Virus record (IMG/VR): IMGVR_UViG_3300017912_000299 | Span: 1-35,169 of that record | DNA length: 35,169 bases | Direction: 5' to 3' (one strand) | Source: a virus | Lineage: Duplodnaviria > Caudoviricetes | Part shown: positions 1 to 8,428 of the stretch, piece by piece | How the letters are laid out: each line of letters begins with the position of its first letter | Numbering within the stretch: the first letter of the stretch is position 1 | Notes under the pieces: model-generated | Told to the model about the DNA's origin: nothing | The model's database searches: none | What the model saw: the letters and a program-made list of their open reading frames with translations, nothing else | Position numbers and translations under genes: made by a program

Positions 1-1
1 G

Positions 2-196
2 TCCCTGTTACCTTTAGTGAATGACAAGGATCACTTTAATATTTTAGAAGGGTATGCAAACCAGAGGATTGAGGTTCTGCGTACTCTTCTAGAAACTTGC
101 AAGGACCCTAACCGCATCCTAGAAATACAAGGCTCTATAACAGAGCTTCGTAGGATAGCTACCCTTAGACATGAAACCCTCAAAGGTGCAGAATAA
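2..196 (+). CDS. 5'-truncated small conserved phage protein of the type usually found just after the portal gene
   Basis: Open frame 2 reads SLLPLVNDKDHFNILEGYANQRIEVLRTLLETCKDPNRILEIQGSITELRRIATLRHETLKGAE*. Its TAA overlaps the next ATG (TAATG). It is not in the ORF track. Confidence 0.75.
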   Translation, partial: SLLPLVNDKDHFNILEGYANQRIEVLRTLLETCKDPNRILEIQGSITELRRIATLRHETLKGAE

Positions 197-2631
197 TGGG
201 CGTATACGAAACCTTATTTGGCTCTGATAATGATAATCTAGAAGCTACCTCAGATAGACAAAGACGTAGACAAGACCCAGAAGGAAGATACCAACAGCGT
301 CTTGAGGATGAAGGTGCGCTATACACAGTAGAAAATGTAGCTAATACTATTGCTGATTTTACTCCTATTATTGGAGATATAAAAGGTGGATACGAGACAG
401 TTCAATTTATTATGGATGAACTATCTCAAGAAAATCCTAATTACTATTTAGTTGGGGCCTTGGGTGGTTTAGGGGCAGTAGCTACTATTATTGGATTAGT
501 TCCGGGGGCAGGAGATGCCGCACAGAAGGCTATTATGTCTGGGGCTAGGATGGCTGCAGATAGAGCCAACAAACTTGTAGACTCTCTTCCAGAGTATGAT
601 CCTAATACATTGGGTTCTAACCTTGGTAATATGTTTGGGCATAATCAAGGCCCACCTTTAGATTTAGATAAAGCTACAAAAGATCAGCTAGACCCTGTGC
701 GTGAGTCAGGAAGCTCTAAAGGATTTTATAAAAATAAAGCTCCAAACTATGTTCCTGATATAGAGGCACAGACTACTGATCAGGGCCTACTAATGCCTGA
801 AAAACCTGTAAGAATAGAAGACTTACAAGGTTCAAAAATTATACCTCTTGTAGCTGACAGAACAGATGCAGGTAAACTTCTTACAGGTCTTAGAGGTGGG
901 GCAAGAGATTATGACTTTGAGGTTCCTGTAGAGCTTCAAGGGGGCAGAGGATTTATAAGATATCCAGATTCAGGAGCTTTTGCTTCTAACGAAACAGTTA
1001 TGCAAGGCCAAGCTACCGATGCTATGAATATAGGAAGAGAAGGTTTTGACGCTAAAGGCGTTTATATGACTATGAGTCCTGAAGGTGGCGATTTTAGTAC
1101 TATGATGAGCGACACTGTTATTGAGATGATGAAACAGTCTCCCATCAAAAAGAAAGATATGAATGATCTAACAAAATGGGTAAAAACAAATGTAGACCCT
1201 AATTTTATTGGATTTGATAATTTAGACGCTGCTAAAAAATATTTAAAAGAAAATATTAATGGTACAAATAGACAACTTATTTGGAAAGAATTAGATAAAA
1301 CAGATTATGTAGATAAAGGTTTTCCAACTATGGGGGATGCTAGAGTAGCTATAAGTGACCCCCGTTTAATAAGAAGTCCTACGCTTGAAGCAACTTCCGT
1401 TGCTAATTTTGACACCTCTGGAAACTTAATTACAGGACCCGTAAGACAAAATGAAACCTACTCTAGTCAAATAGGTCCTACGGGGGCTGCAGGGTATGCA
1501 GGAGAACTTGAACCTTTACCATATGAATTGTTATTAAGACGGTTTATTGAAAATCGTAGGGCTGCAGGGGGAAAGCGTTCAGGAGATTTTAGAGCAATAC
1601 AAATGTCTAATATCACTGAAGAAGTAGATCAACAGATGGTAGATGAAGTCAATCAATACCTTAATATGTTGAATAGAGTAGAAAGAGAAGAATATCTTAG
1701 AAAACTTCCTGAAACAAGACAGAATACCCAAACATACAGTCTTGGTACACAAATGAATGATGCTCTAGGTGAAGTACCTGTAGCAACAAATAGAGATGAA
1801 TTATTAGCAAACGCAGAATTAAATGCCCAAGAAGTTTTAGGCATATCAGATGATATGAAACAAACATGGAGAAAAAGTAAGGAAAAAAATAAACAGGTGC
1901 GTACCCCACAACTTCAACAGGGTATAGCTGCTATGTTAGAAAATGAAATTACTTATGAAGAATATTTAGAGTTAGCCGATGCATTCAGACCTATACAGCC
2001 TTTAACAGAAGTGCCAGAACTTCCTACTACTACAGATATAGTTTCTTCCCTTAAACCTGAACAGGTAAACAAAGGAATTATAGGAGTAACTAAAAATATA
2101 GAAGACGGTACTAGAGTTGCTTCTAGACTAGATATTAGTGCGTATGAAGATTTTAATACATGGGTTGTATCTCTTCACGATGGATTTAATGATGATCTTG
2201 CAGGACGATCTATTGGTCATGGGCAGGTAGCAGTATTAAGAAATGTAAATTTTAAAACAAATCCTAAAGCCGCTGCTAATATAGCTAAAGGAAAAGGCAA
2301 AGCTACTATAGCTCGTATTTTTGGGGATTATAAAAATGCTTCTCCTGAAGAAGTACAAAAAATGGCTGAAGAAATTATGGCTGATCCTAATAGTGGGTGG
2401 GTACAAGTTGGTATGAATCCATTTAGGCATTCTTTCTTTTATGATAAAGCAGATGGAATGCCCGTTACAGAGGCTACTGAGGTAATTCAAATAGGACCTT
2501 TAGTATTAGCCAAAGATGTAAAAAAGGTTGCCAGAGATGATCCCGAATTTAGTTTTTTAATGGATAAAAAAGACCCAACCAGTGTCAAAAACTACAGTCA
2601 AGGTGGACTTGCATTAGCAATAGGATATTAA
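196..2631 (+). CDS. Large modular head-region protein (pre-toxin-TG-like N-terminus, two unknown payload domains, C-terminal YSQGG tag); putative virion cargo/effector
   Basis: 811 aa ORF. It has ADFTPIIGDIKGGYE plus a Gly-rich hydrophobic hairpin and a DPNTLGSNLGN..GHNQGPP linker. It lies upstream of scaffold/MCP. The ORF is secure; the function is inferred. Confidence 0.6.
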   Translation: MGVYETLFGSDNDNLEATSDRQRRRQDPEGRYQQRLEDEGALYTVENVANTIADFTPIIGDIKGGYETVQFIMDELSQENPNYYLVGALGGLGAVATIIGLVPGAGDAAQKAIMSGARMAADRANKLVDSLPEYDPNTLGSNLGNMFGHNQGPPLDLDKATKDQLDPVRESGSSKGFYKNKAPNYVPDIEAQTTDQGLLMPEKPVRIEDLQGSKIIPLVADRTDAGKLLTGLRGGARDYDFEVPVELQGGRGFIRYPDSGAFASNETVMQGQATDAMNIGREGFDAKGVYMTMSPEGGDFSTMMSDTVIEMMKQSPIKKKDMNDLTKWVKTNVDPNFIGFDNLDAAKKYLKENINGTNRQLIWKELDKTDYVDKGFPTMGDARVAISDPRLIRSPTLEATSVANFDTSGNLITGPVRQNETYSSQIGPTGAAGYAGELEPLPYELLLRRFIENRRAAGGKRSGDFRAIQMSNITEEVDQQMVDEVNQYLNMLNRVEREEYLRKLPETRQNTQTYSLGTQMNDALGEVPVATNRDELLANAELNAQEVLGISDDMKQTWRKSKEKNKQVRTPQLQQGIAAMLENEITYEEYLELADAFRPIQPLTEVPELPTTTDIVSSLKPEQVNKGIIGVTKNIEDGTRVASRLDISAYEDFNTWVVSLHDGFNDDLAGRSIGHGQVAVLRNVNFKTNPKAAANIAKGKGKATIARIFGDYKNASPEEVQKMAEEIMADPNSGWVQVGMNPFRHSFFYDKADGMPVTEATEVIQIGPLVLAKDVKKVARDDPEFSFLMDKKDPTSVKNYSQGGLALAIGY

Positions 2632-2632
2632 T

Positions 2633-3871
2633 ATGGACCCATTAGTAGAACATCACTTTTATAATATAGCTAACGGTAAAGCCGTACAAAATGAAGATGG
2701 TAGTTTATCTACTGTTAAAGGCATAATTGTAGAGATAGATGGTAGAGATACACTCATTCCTTCTATTTGGGATGGGCAAGAAGTTTCTGAAGAAGTTGCT
2801 ATAGAAAATGCAAAAAAATCAGGAGTAAACTGGCAAAAGGCGTTTGGTGATACGGCAGTCCAACAGCTTGAAGAAATAGAACAGGAAATAAAAACATTTG
2901 AAGATGAAAGCGGTAAGCTGCTTATGTCTGATGAGTGGACTCCAGAAGAAGCTCAAAAAATGTTAGATGATTACTATGAAGAAATCACAGGCACTCCTGA
3001 AGCCGATAAATTTAATTTTAGAGATTTTATGAAGCTAGGGGTAGCTGCAGGGTTAAGCACAGCTACTAGAATGGGTCTAATAGAAAGCCCTTTTCCTTAC
3101 TTAAATTACTTACGAGATAATTTTGACGAGGGTGGGTTTTTAACGAAAGGAGATGGCATGAAAGGTCGCTCAGAAGAAGATAAAGAAATTGCAGACGAGG
3201 TAGAACAGGTAGACGTAGCGGAAGCAGATACAGATGATGATGGTTTTGTTTCCCCTTCAGAACGTGAAGTACAACTGGCTCTGCAAAAGAATGAATTAGT
3301 TGACGAGGAAGAGCTAGAAAAACTAAAGCCAGTAGAAGCCTACCACGGGGGAATGATGAGTTCTTGTGATGGGGGAGATGATTGCACTTGCGGCATGGAT
3401 GATCCAATGGTATCTGGCTATGATGAAGTATCTGGTAACCCAATTCCAATTGGTTCCTCTGCAGAAAATGTGCGTGACGATATTCCTGCTAATCTTAGCA
3501 CAGATGAATATGTACTCCCTGCTCATGTAGTTAAGTGGCATGGACTAAAACATATCATGGAGATGCAAAGTGAAGCAGAGATGGGCCTCATGTCTATGGA
3601 AATGAGTGGGCTTATCCATGAAGTATACGAAGAAGAACCCGATAGCGAAGGCACTGAGGACACCGAAGTTCAAGCCTCAGACGATTCCGAACAAGAAGAA
3701 GCCGAAGCGGAAGGAGAAACATCAGACGAAATTCCATCAGAAGAGATGGATGTAGAGGTCGCAGCCGTTGAGGTTGATGATCATTTAAATGACGAGGATG
3801 AAGAACTTTATCCAATGTCTCAACCACTCCCTGCAATTATGAAGAAACAAAAAATAGTTTTTGCAGTTTAA
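2633..3871 (+). CDS. Acidic head-region protein with an EF-hand-like loop and a conserved 'DDIPAxLSxxEYVxPA' domain
   Basis: 412 aa ORF with motifs FDEGG, DTDDDGFVSPSE, AYHGG and SGNPIPIGSSAENVRDDIPANLSTDEYVLPAHVV, followed by a very acidic tail. Confidence 0.65.
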   Translation: MDPLVEHHFYNIANGKAVQNEDGSLSTVKGIIVEIDGRDTLIPSIWDGQEVSEEVAIENAKKSGVNWQKAFGDTAVQQLEEIEQEIKTFEDESGKLLMSDEWTPEEAQKMLDDYYEEITGTPEADKFNFRDFMKLGVAAGLSTATRMGLIESPFPYLNYLRDNFDEGGFLTKGDGMKGRSEEDKEIADEVEQVDVAEADTDDDGFVSPSEREVQLALQKNELVDEEELEKLKPVEAYHGGMMSSCDGGDDCTCGMDDPMVSGYDEVSGNPIPIGSSAENVRDDIPANLSTDEYVLPAHVVKWHGLKHIMEMQSEAEMGLMSMEMSGLIHEVYEEEPDSEGTEDTEVQASDDSEQEEAEAEGETSDEIPSEEMDVEVAAVEVDDHLNDEDEELYPMSQPLPAIMKKQKIVFAV

Positions 3872-3875
3872 CAAA

Positions 3876-3901
3876 ATGGATACCCGATTAGTCGGACCCA
3901 T
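3876..3901 (+). promoter_or_regulatory. Leader hairpin with AUAC/AC internal loop abutting the scaffold RBS
   Basis: ATGG-ATAC-CCGA-ttag-TCGG-AC-CCAT is followed at once by AAGGAG and the ATG at 3913. Confidence 0.65.
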
Positions 3902-3912
3902 AAGGAGCAATT

Positions 3913-4692
3913 ATGCAAAAGAAGCAAAAGTATAACCGTATGCCTGAAGAAGACAATGAGTTGACCTACTCACAGGAAGTTATGGCACAACAACAACAAG
4001 AACCAACTGAGGTATTAGATGCTGAAGAGGAAAGTTATAAAAAACGCTATGTTGACATTCAGCGCCACATTCAAGAAATTCGTAATCAGAAAGATGCCGA
4101 AGTCGCAGCCATTAAAAAACAACTTGATGCAGCGACTAGGAAACAAATTAAATTTCCTAAAACTGATGAAGAGGTTGAAGCGTGGAGTAAGCGGTATCCT
4201 GACGTTGCCAAAATCGTTGATACTATTGCTCAAAAACGTGCTAATGAAGCCTTACGACTTGGTGAAGAACGTCTTAAAAAAGTTGAACAATTTGAGAAAA
4301 AAATTCACAGGCAATCAGCCGAACAACAACTAGCTGAACGACACCCTGACTATGCGACAATAAAGAAAGACCCTAAGTTTCACGAATGGGTTGCTCTACA
4401 GCATAGCACTATTCAAGACTCTGTATATAAAAATAATACAGACGCTGCATGGGCTGCTAGTACAATTGATCTCTACAAAGCTCAGACAGGAAAGAAAACA
4501 CGCTCTAAGGGGGCCGCACAGGCGGTAGGACGTACTACTAGCACTGCTCCAAGTTCAGGACAGGGAATTAAATTTTCTGAAAGTCTTGTACAATCAATGA
4601 GTGATCGTGAATATGCAGCAAATGAAGAAGCCATAGAAGAAGCAATTCGGACAGGCAAATTCGCTTATGACATATCGGGGGCTGCAAGATAG
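3913..4692 (+). CDS. Capsid scaffolding protein
   Basis: 259 aa, charged and coiled-coil-like (EEESYKKRYVDIQRH, FPKTDEEVEAWSKRYPDV). It has a C-terminal MSDREYAANEEAIEEAIRTGKF helix pair, lies directly before the MCP and has a good AAGGAG RBS. Confidence 0.8.
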   Translation: MQKKQKYNRMPEEDNELTYSQEVMAQQQQEPTEVLDAEEESYKKRYVDIQRHIQEIRNQKDAEVAAIKKQLDAATRKQIKFPKTDEEVEAWSKRYPDVAKIVDTIAQKRANEALRLGEERLKKVEQFEKKIHRQSAEQQLAERHPDYATIKKDPKFHEWVALQHSTIQDSVYKNNTDAAWAASTIDLYKAQTGKKTRSKGAAQAVGRTTSTAPSSGQGIKFSESLVQSMSDREYAANEEAIEEAIRTGKFAYDISGAAR

Positions 4693-4702
4693 TAATTAAC
4701 TA

Positions 4703-4731
4703 TTGTATAATAGTTGCCCCTGTGTTATAAT
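4703..4731 (+). promoter_or_regulatory. Sigma70-type promoter for the major capsid operon
   Basis: TTGTAT (4703-4708), a 17 nt spacer, then TATAAT (4726-4731) with an extended -10 TG at 4723-4724. Confidence 0.75.
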
Positions 4732-4737
4732 GTAGTT

Positions 4738-4952
4738 GTAATATGATTTGCAGGACACCACTATGCAGTGGTATACCCTGCCCCTTCCAGATAAATATAA
4801 CAAGGTATACCAGATCAAAGAGGACCACAAAGTTTCGTGATACCCTCAAGTAGTCTGCCACTAAGTTAGTCTTATCTGATCTAGCTACCTCTTCCTGTAA
4901 AGGACATAGGAGAGGTGTATCTAAAAGCCATTTCATATAGGAGAACAAAACA
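4738..4952 (+). promoter_or_regulatory. Long structured 5' leader of the major capsid gene
   Basis: Hairpins 4750-4781 and 4820-4847 share a GG-AC/ATAC-CC internal loop. A further stem ACCTCTTCCT/AGGAGAGGT lies at ~4887-4916. RBS AGGAG at 4939-4943. Confidence 0.6.
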
Positions 4953-6002
4953 ATGGCATTCGCAAAAGCATCGGGCTATACCAATCTTAACTCAGGTAAC
5001 TTCAGCCCAGTAATCTATAGCAAAAAGGTCCAAAAGGCCTTTAGGACAGCATCTGTTGTAGACGCAGTAACTAACACTGACTACTCAGGTGAAATCGCAA
5101 ACTTCGGTGACTCTGTTAAGATCATCAAAGAGCCAGATATCACAATCACAACATATGAGCGTGGTACTACTCTAGCAACTCAAGACCTCACAGACGCTGA
5201 CTTCACTATGGTCGTTAACCAAGCAAACTATTTCCAGTTCGCAATTGACGATATTGAAGAAGCACACAGCCACGTTTCTTTTGGTGACTTGGCTAGTGAT
5301 CGTGCAGGTTATAAATTGCGTGATACATTTGACTCAGAAGTACTACATCACATGGCAGGTTTTACTGCAGCAGGTGCAAGGCGTACTTCACTTGAAACAG
5401 GAAGCACTAAAGCAGACAGCAATGCCGATAATGACGAGTTGCTACCTGCTAACAAATTAGATATCACAGATTTTGGTGGTTCTGATCTTGGCGTTGAATC
5501 GGAAATTACATCTATTCCAATTGCTGCAGGTGGCGGTGCAGGTGGTATTACTTCACCACTAGCAATCCTAAACCGTATTGCACGACAAATGGATCAGGCG
5601 TCAGTAGACACTGACTCAAGATGGTGTGTGGTTGACCCTGTGTTTGCAGAAATATTAATGGATGAAGATTCAAAATTAATTAATTCTGACTTCGGTGGTG
5701 GAGACGAACTACGAAACGGACGTATGCCCGGACAACTTCGTGGGTTCACAATCTACAAATCCAATAACCTACCTTCACTAGGTACAGGTGCAGGAACTGC
5801 AGCATCTGCAGGTTCAGAAACTAACATGGGTTTCCTAGTGGCAGGACATTCATCTGCAGTAGCAACAGCGGAACAGATCGCTAAAACAGAGACTTTCCGT
5901 TCACCTACAACTTTCGCAGATATTGTTCGTGGAATGCAGTTATATGGACGCAAAATTCTACGTCCAGAGGCTCTATTTACAGCCGCTTACAACTTAGCGT
6001 AA
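4953..6002 (+). CDS. Major capsid protein (HK97 fold, P22 coat-like family)
   Basis: 349 aa with NFSPVIYSKKVQKAFR, TNTDYSGEIANFGDSVKI, FQFAIDDIE and FADIVRGMQLYGRKILRPEAL. Codon usage fits high expression and the RBS is strong. Confidence 0.95.
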   Translation: MAFAKASGYTNLNSGNFSPVIYSKKVQKAFRTASVVDAVTNTDYSGEIANFGDSVKIIKEPDITITTYERGTTLATQDLTDADFTMVVNQANYFQFAIDDIEEAHSHVSFGDLASDRAGYKLRDTFDSEVLHHMAGFTAAGARRTSLETGSTKADSNADNDELLPANKLDITDFGGSDLGVESEITSIPIAAGGGAGGITSPLAILNRIARQMDQASVDTDSRWCVVDPVFAEILMDEDSKLINSDFGGGDELRNGRMPGQLRGFTIYKSNNLPSLGTGAGTAASAGSETNMGFLVAGHSSAVATAEQIAKTETFRSPTTFADIVRGMQLYGRKILRPEALFTAAYNLA

Positions 6003-6018
6003 GTTATACAATATTATG

Positions 6019-6042
6019 GGGGGCAGGTCAAGTCTTGCCCCT
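6019..6042 (+). terminator. GC-rich stem-loop after the capsid gene (attenuator or mRNA stabiliser)
   Basis: GGGGGCAGG-tcaagt-CTTGCCCCT. There is no clean U tract, so readthrough is likely. Confidence 0.55.
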
Positions 6043-6068
6043 CAACTACATCCATTTAGGAATATTTT

Positions 6069-6758
6069 ATGCCTTCTACCTATATAGACTTATGTAACAA
6101 AACTTTAAGGCGTCTGAACGAGGTAGAGATACCTGTTTCAGATTTTCCTACTGTAAGAGGTGTTCAGGCATTAGTAAAAGATGCAGTAAAAGCAGCTATA
6201 GCAAAAGTTAATCAAGCTGAGTATGAGTGGCCTTTTAACGCTGCAGAATTTACTCAGGTTTTATCAGTAGGTCAGTCAGAGTATTCTTGGCCTACCGCAT
6301 TTAAAAAAGCAGATTGGAATACGTTTCAAATAATTTCTGATAGCTCTCTTAATACAGGATTTGATACCTTAAAGTATATTGAGCGAGATGAATGGTATAA
6401 AAGCTACAGAGATGATGATTATAATGCAGGAAGTAACGGGAGAGGTAAACCTGAATATGTATTTGCCTCTCATGGTACAGGATTTGGTGTAACCCCCTCT
6501 CCTAATGTGGCTTACTCTATAAGGTTTAGGTACTATCTAAATTATACTGATTTAGTTAATGATACGGACGTTACTAGAATACCAGAGAGTTTTGATACTG
6601 TTATTATAGATGGTGCTCTTTATCATATGTATATGTTTAAAGATAACCCAGAGTCAGCCCAAATAGCTTATCAAAGTTTCTTAGCAGGGCTAAAAGATTT
6701 ACAAACCTTATTTATAAATAACTATGAGTATGTAAGGGATAGCAGGATCAAGTTCTAA
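6069..6758 (+). CDS. Head-tail adaptor / tail tubular protein A-like
   Basis: 229 aa with TYIDLCNKTLRRLNE, EWPF and GKPEYV..VTPSP..YSIRFRYY. It is the first gene after the MCP. Confidence 0.8.
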   Translation: MPSTYIDLCNKTLRRLNEVEIPVSDFPTVRGVQALVKDAVKAAIAKVNQAEYEWPFNAAEFTQVLSVGQSEYSWPTAFKKADWNTFQIISDSSLNTGFDTLKYIERDEWYKSYRDDDYNAGSNGRGKPEYVFASHGTGFGVTPSPNVAYSIRFRYYLNYTDLVNDTDVTRIPESFDTVIIDGALYHMYMFKDNPESAQIAYQSFLAGLKDLQTLFINNYEYVRDSRIKF

Positions 6759-8428
6759 TGGCAGACCAGATACAATCATACAAGCTCGTATGTTCTGGGG
6801 GTCTTAATAGTAACGAGAACCATCTAGAATTATCTGACAAACTGTCAGGAGTAGCAACTAGACTAGTGAATTATGAACCCTCTTTATATGGAGGGTATCG
6901 TAGAATAGAAGGGTACGAAGTACTAGGAGGTATTGATACTGCCGTAGGGGGAGCAAATAGCGAAGGTAAAGTTCTAGGAGTATTTATATATCAAAATGAA
7001 CAATATGGTAATCCATATATAATTGCAGCAAGAAAAGATGCAGGGGCTAATACATATTCATTCTGGAAGTTTTTAGATAATGTTGGATGGCAACAGATAA
7101 CCACAGGACTTACGCTATCCCATACTATAAGTACTAGATCAGTTAACAAAGTTAGAGCAGCTACTTTTAATTTAGGACAGCAAAGTTTTATAGCTTTTGC
7201 AGACGGAGTAAACAACGGAATATTATTTGATGGAGTTAACTGGGCGTTTATTAACCCTTCAGCAACTGGTCAATCCTTTGCAGACTCTGGTGGCGCACAG
7301 GCAATTGCTGCCCCTAGTTTAGTAGAGTTTTTTAATAACGCTTTATGGTTTTCAGGAGATGAAGCATTTCCTACAAAGGTAGCAGTATCTGTAGCTAAAG
7401 ACCCTTCAGACTTTGCCACCACAGCGGCTTCGGTTCCTTCAGGACAGCCCTCTAAAAATCTGGCTCAACAATTTGATGCTCCTTTTAGAATTGTACAAAT
7501 TAAACCGTTCCGAAGTGATTTATATATTTTTGGTAATAATGCAATTCAGAAAGCAGAACAGGGTGATAGTTTATATGACACTGTAGATATTACTAAAAAT
7601 GTAGGATGTATATCTAGAGACAGTGTAGTTGAGATTGGGGGAGACATTTTATTTCTAGCCCCTGACGGGTTTAGACCAGTAGCAGGTACTTCTCGAATTG
7701 GAGACGTAGAGCTTGAGTCAGTTAGTAAATCAATACAGGTTTTATTGACTACATTGATAGATAGACAAACGGAAGATAACATAAGTGCCGTAGTTATCAG
7801 AAATAAATCTCAGGTACGGTTTTTTGTCGGGGACCCTACAGTAGATGTTCAAAATTCATTTGGAATTATTGGGGGTCTTTATAATAAAGAGGGTCAAATT
7901 CAGTGGGCATATGGGGAGTTAATAGGAATAAGGGCTAGTTGCTGTACCAGTGGTTACATGGGAACCCAAGAAAGAATTTTACATGGGGACTTTGATGGTA
8001 AAGTTTACGAACAAGAAAAAGGTACTAGTTTTAACAATAGTAATATTCTTAGCGTTTACGAAACCCCTTACCTAGATTTTGGAGACACAGAACAACGAAA
8101 AATAATAAGAAAGTTAAATACTTTTATTCGGGCAGAAGGTCCCGTAGAATTATTTTTAACTCTTTCTTATAACTGGGGTGATAATGCTACTTTAACTCCA
8201 TCAACTTACTCACAGGCTAGTGAAGGCGGTCAGATAGAATATGCAGGTCTTAATATAGATTATGGCGCAGCTAATGTTTTATATGGTGGTAACTCTAAGC
8301 CAATTATGACCACAGATGTACAAGGAAGCGGATTTTCAGTGAGTGCAACTTTTGTAACAATAGGACAATCAGAACCATTTTCTATTCAAGGTTTGGTTTT
8401 TGAGTTTAGTACTGCAGGGAGAAGATAA
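6758..8428 (+). CDS. Tail nozzle / tubular protein B (P22 gp10-like stabilisation protein)
   Basis: 556 aa, beta-rich, with GGLNSN..NYEPSLYGGYRRIEGY, VGCISRDSVVEIGGDILFLAPDGFR and YETPYLDFGD..RK. Gene order supports the call. Confidence 0.8.
   Translation: MADQIQSYKLVCSGGLNSNENHLELSDKLSGVATRLVNYEPSLYGGYRRIEGYEVLGGIDTAVGGANSEGKVLGVFIYQNEQYGNPYIIAARKDAGANTYSFWKFLDNVGWQQITTGLTLSHTISTRSVNKVRAATFNLGQQSFIAFADGVNNGILFDGVNWAFINPSATGQSFADSGGAQAIAAPSLVEFFNNALWFSGDEAFPTKVAVSVAKDPSDFATTAASVPSGQPSKNLAQQFDAPFRIVQIKPFRSDLYIFGNNAIQKAEQGDSLYDTVDITKNVGCISRDSVVEIGGDILFLAPDGFRPVAGTSRIGDVELESVSKSIQVLLTTLIDRQTEDNISAVVIRNKSQVRFFVGDPTVDVQNSFGIIGGLYNKEGQIQWAYGELIGIRASCCTSGYMGTQERILHGDFDGKVYEQEKGTSFNNSNILSVYETPYLDFGDTEQRKIIRKLNTFIRAEGPVELFLTLSYNWGDNATLTPSTYSQASEGGQIEYAGLNIDYGAANVLYGGNSKPIMTTDVQGSGFSVSATFVTIGQSEPFSIQGLVFEFSTAGRR

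Noticed and set aside
4840-4920. Cobalamin riboswitch (GCCACT present, phage encodes a B12 enzyme)
   Set aside because: The other conserved elements (GGGAA, CCCGCAACTG, B12 box) are missing, and it lies before the capsid gene rather than nrdJ.
4700-4948. 82 aa minus-strand ORF spanning the scaffold-capsid gap
   Set aside because: It is antisense to a promoter and structured leader, has no RBS and has no protein-like features.
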